64,000 nucleotides of DNA, from NCBI GenBank assembly GCA_039818205.1, contig JBCBUK010000019.1, positions 1 through 64,000 on the forward strand. The letters are read 5' to 3'. Made by a program: the position numbers and the translations under genes. The notes beneath the pieces are model-generated. The model was not told the DNA's origin. It worked only from the letters and a program-made list of their open reading frames with translations, and searched no databases. Numbering within the stretch: position 1 is the stretch's first letter; the number at the start of each line of letters is the position of its first letter. This document shows positions 63,226-64,000 of this stretch, piece after piece. This DNA is from Verrucomicrobiota bacterium. Lineage in GTDB: Bacteria > Verrucomicrobiota > Verrucomicrobiia > Opitutales > Cerasicoccaceae.

Positions 63226-63281
63226 AGCCATCGTCAAGGTCTGGCACGGCGCGTTAGTGACGTTGTCCAGCACCGTCTTGT
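63226..63281 (-). repeat. attC-like site interrupted by a group II intron
   Basis: Minus strand ACAAGACGGTGCTGGACAACG...CGTGCCAGACCTTGAC-GATGGCT. The bottom strand ends in TTGT at the intron junction. Confidence 0.7.
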
Positions 63282-63700
63282 GTGTGCCCAGCATGGGCTT
63301 GTTGAAATGGGGTTAAAGTCCCGTGTTTAATGAACTCAAATCAAATAGTGGAACTAGATAATGGCAACTGCGTAATCGTGAGGTTACGTGGGAAGGAAGC
63401 CTATGTCAAAGATGTGAGCCTACGGACAGGAACGCGGTATCAGGCCGACGGCGTGGATGAGCTGGCACAGCACAGCGAAGTCCTGAGTTCAACGCCGGAG
63501 GTAAACCACGAGGTTGTGCATCGGAACAACCGGGGAGGCCTCGTTGACAAACGGTGGCGGCTTAGATATGCCGTCAAGGCCGCTACAAGCCTGCACCAGT
63601 GGTCTGGTATGGATACCTAAAGCCAATGGCGATCAACGTCCATTGCGGATTCCGACGGTGCTGGACCGTGTGATCCAGCAGTCGCTAGCTCAGGTCCTGA
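63282..63700 (+). mobile_element. Truncated group IIC (class C-attC) intron
   Basis: 5' end GTGTGCCCAGCATGGGC; IIC domain I-like motifs (GGTTAAAGTCCCG, GAAGGAAGC, GGATGAG, AAGTCC, CCGGGGAGG); an RT fragment; no domain V/VI. Confidence 0.85.
63575..63699 (+). pseudogene. Group II intron reverse transcriptase/maturase fragment
   Basis: QGRYKPAPV, a frameshift, then VWIPKANGDQRPLRIPTVLDRVIQQ, matching RT motifs 1-2. Confidence 0.88.
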
Positions 63701-63721
63701 TTTCTCCGCGATTGTATTTGT

Positions 63722-64000
63722 CTATTGCTGTTTTTCAACGACTACCTTCATGAAATTTGATTCATTTTCGCCATATGGAGAATGTCCTATGCTGCTGCGG
63801 ATTGTGACTAATTCGATGTCGTTGCCTAAGTAATTGCGGGACAACTCCATACTATCCGTTGCTAGTTCCTGCCACAGTTTTAGATCACGCGATTCGAAGA
63901 CGTGATAATCCAAACCAGAAGAACTGTCGACCCTGCGCCGAAAAGTAATGGTGAGATAGGTTTTGTTATCGAGTAAGGTGATTGAGCCGTGAGGTAAAAT
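63722..64000 (-). CDS. C-terminus of a larger, probably secreted protein (partial; open to the window edge)
   Basis: The frame is open from 64000: ...YLTITFRRRVDSSSGLDYHVFESRDLKLW...VTIR...FMKVVV, resembling a C-terminal domain common in Verrucomicrobia secreted proteins. Confidence 0.65.
   Translation of the reverse strand: MLPHGSITLLDNKTYLTITFRRRVDSSSGLDYHVFESRDLKLWQELATDSMELSRNYLGNDIELVTIRSSIGHSPYGENESNFMKVVVEKQQ

Noticed and set aside
63330..63620. 96-aa ORF
   Set aside because: It lies within intron ribozyme sequence and is probably non-coding.

Overview
This is mostly core chromosome of a roughly 55% GC bacterium, most likely Verrucomicrobiota (Opitutia-like). That assignment is inferred from the PEP-CTERM gene, the H-X9-DG prepilin gene and a typical C-terminal domain. 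The window holds about 55 housekeeping and signalling genes (including uxuA, dusB, folE2, pal, miaA, pilB-like, ybeY, phoH, ftsK, rodZ, fusA, gcvP, folC, lptCAB, hprK and dnaA with a probable oriC) and two intact tRNAs (Ile2-CAT, Gly-GCC). Both ends are mobile DNA. On the left, a tyrosine integrase with arm-type repeats sits next to tRNA-Ile2. On the right, a tRNA(CAT) 5' half is cut at the anticodon loop and followed by a decaying integron-like cassette array (3 attC-like sites) with a truncated class C-attC group II intron inserted at TTGT. The best candidates for undescribed biology are: (1) a CutF/CruR-like Pro-rich leader ORF plus mutually exclusive RNA hairpins upstream of a Met/His PEP-CTERM protein and an H-X9-DG pilin, a putative metal-sensing ribosome-stalling switch; (2) a signalling run of two degenerate sigma54-type regulators, a tandem roadblock-like protein, a PilB ATPase and a CHASE2 adenylate cyclase; (3) a recurring [ST]-x-[PA]-P-F linear motif in the FtsK, RodZ and PgpH linkers; and (4) a PlcP/Agt-like lipid remodelling pair with Pho-box-like repeats. 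All functional calls come from motif recognition by eye; no database searches were run.
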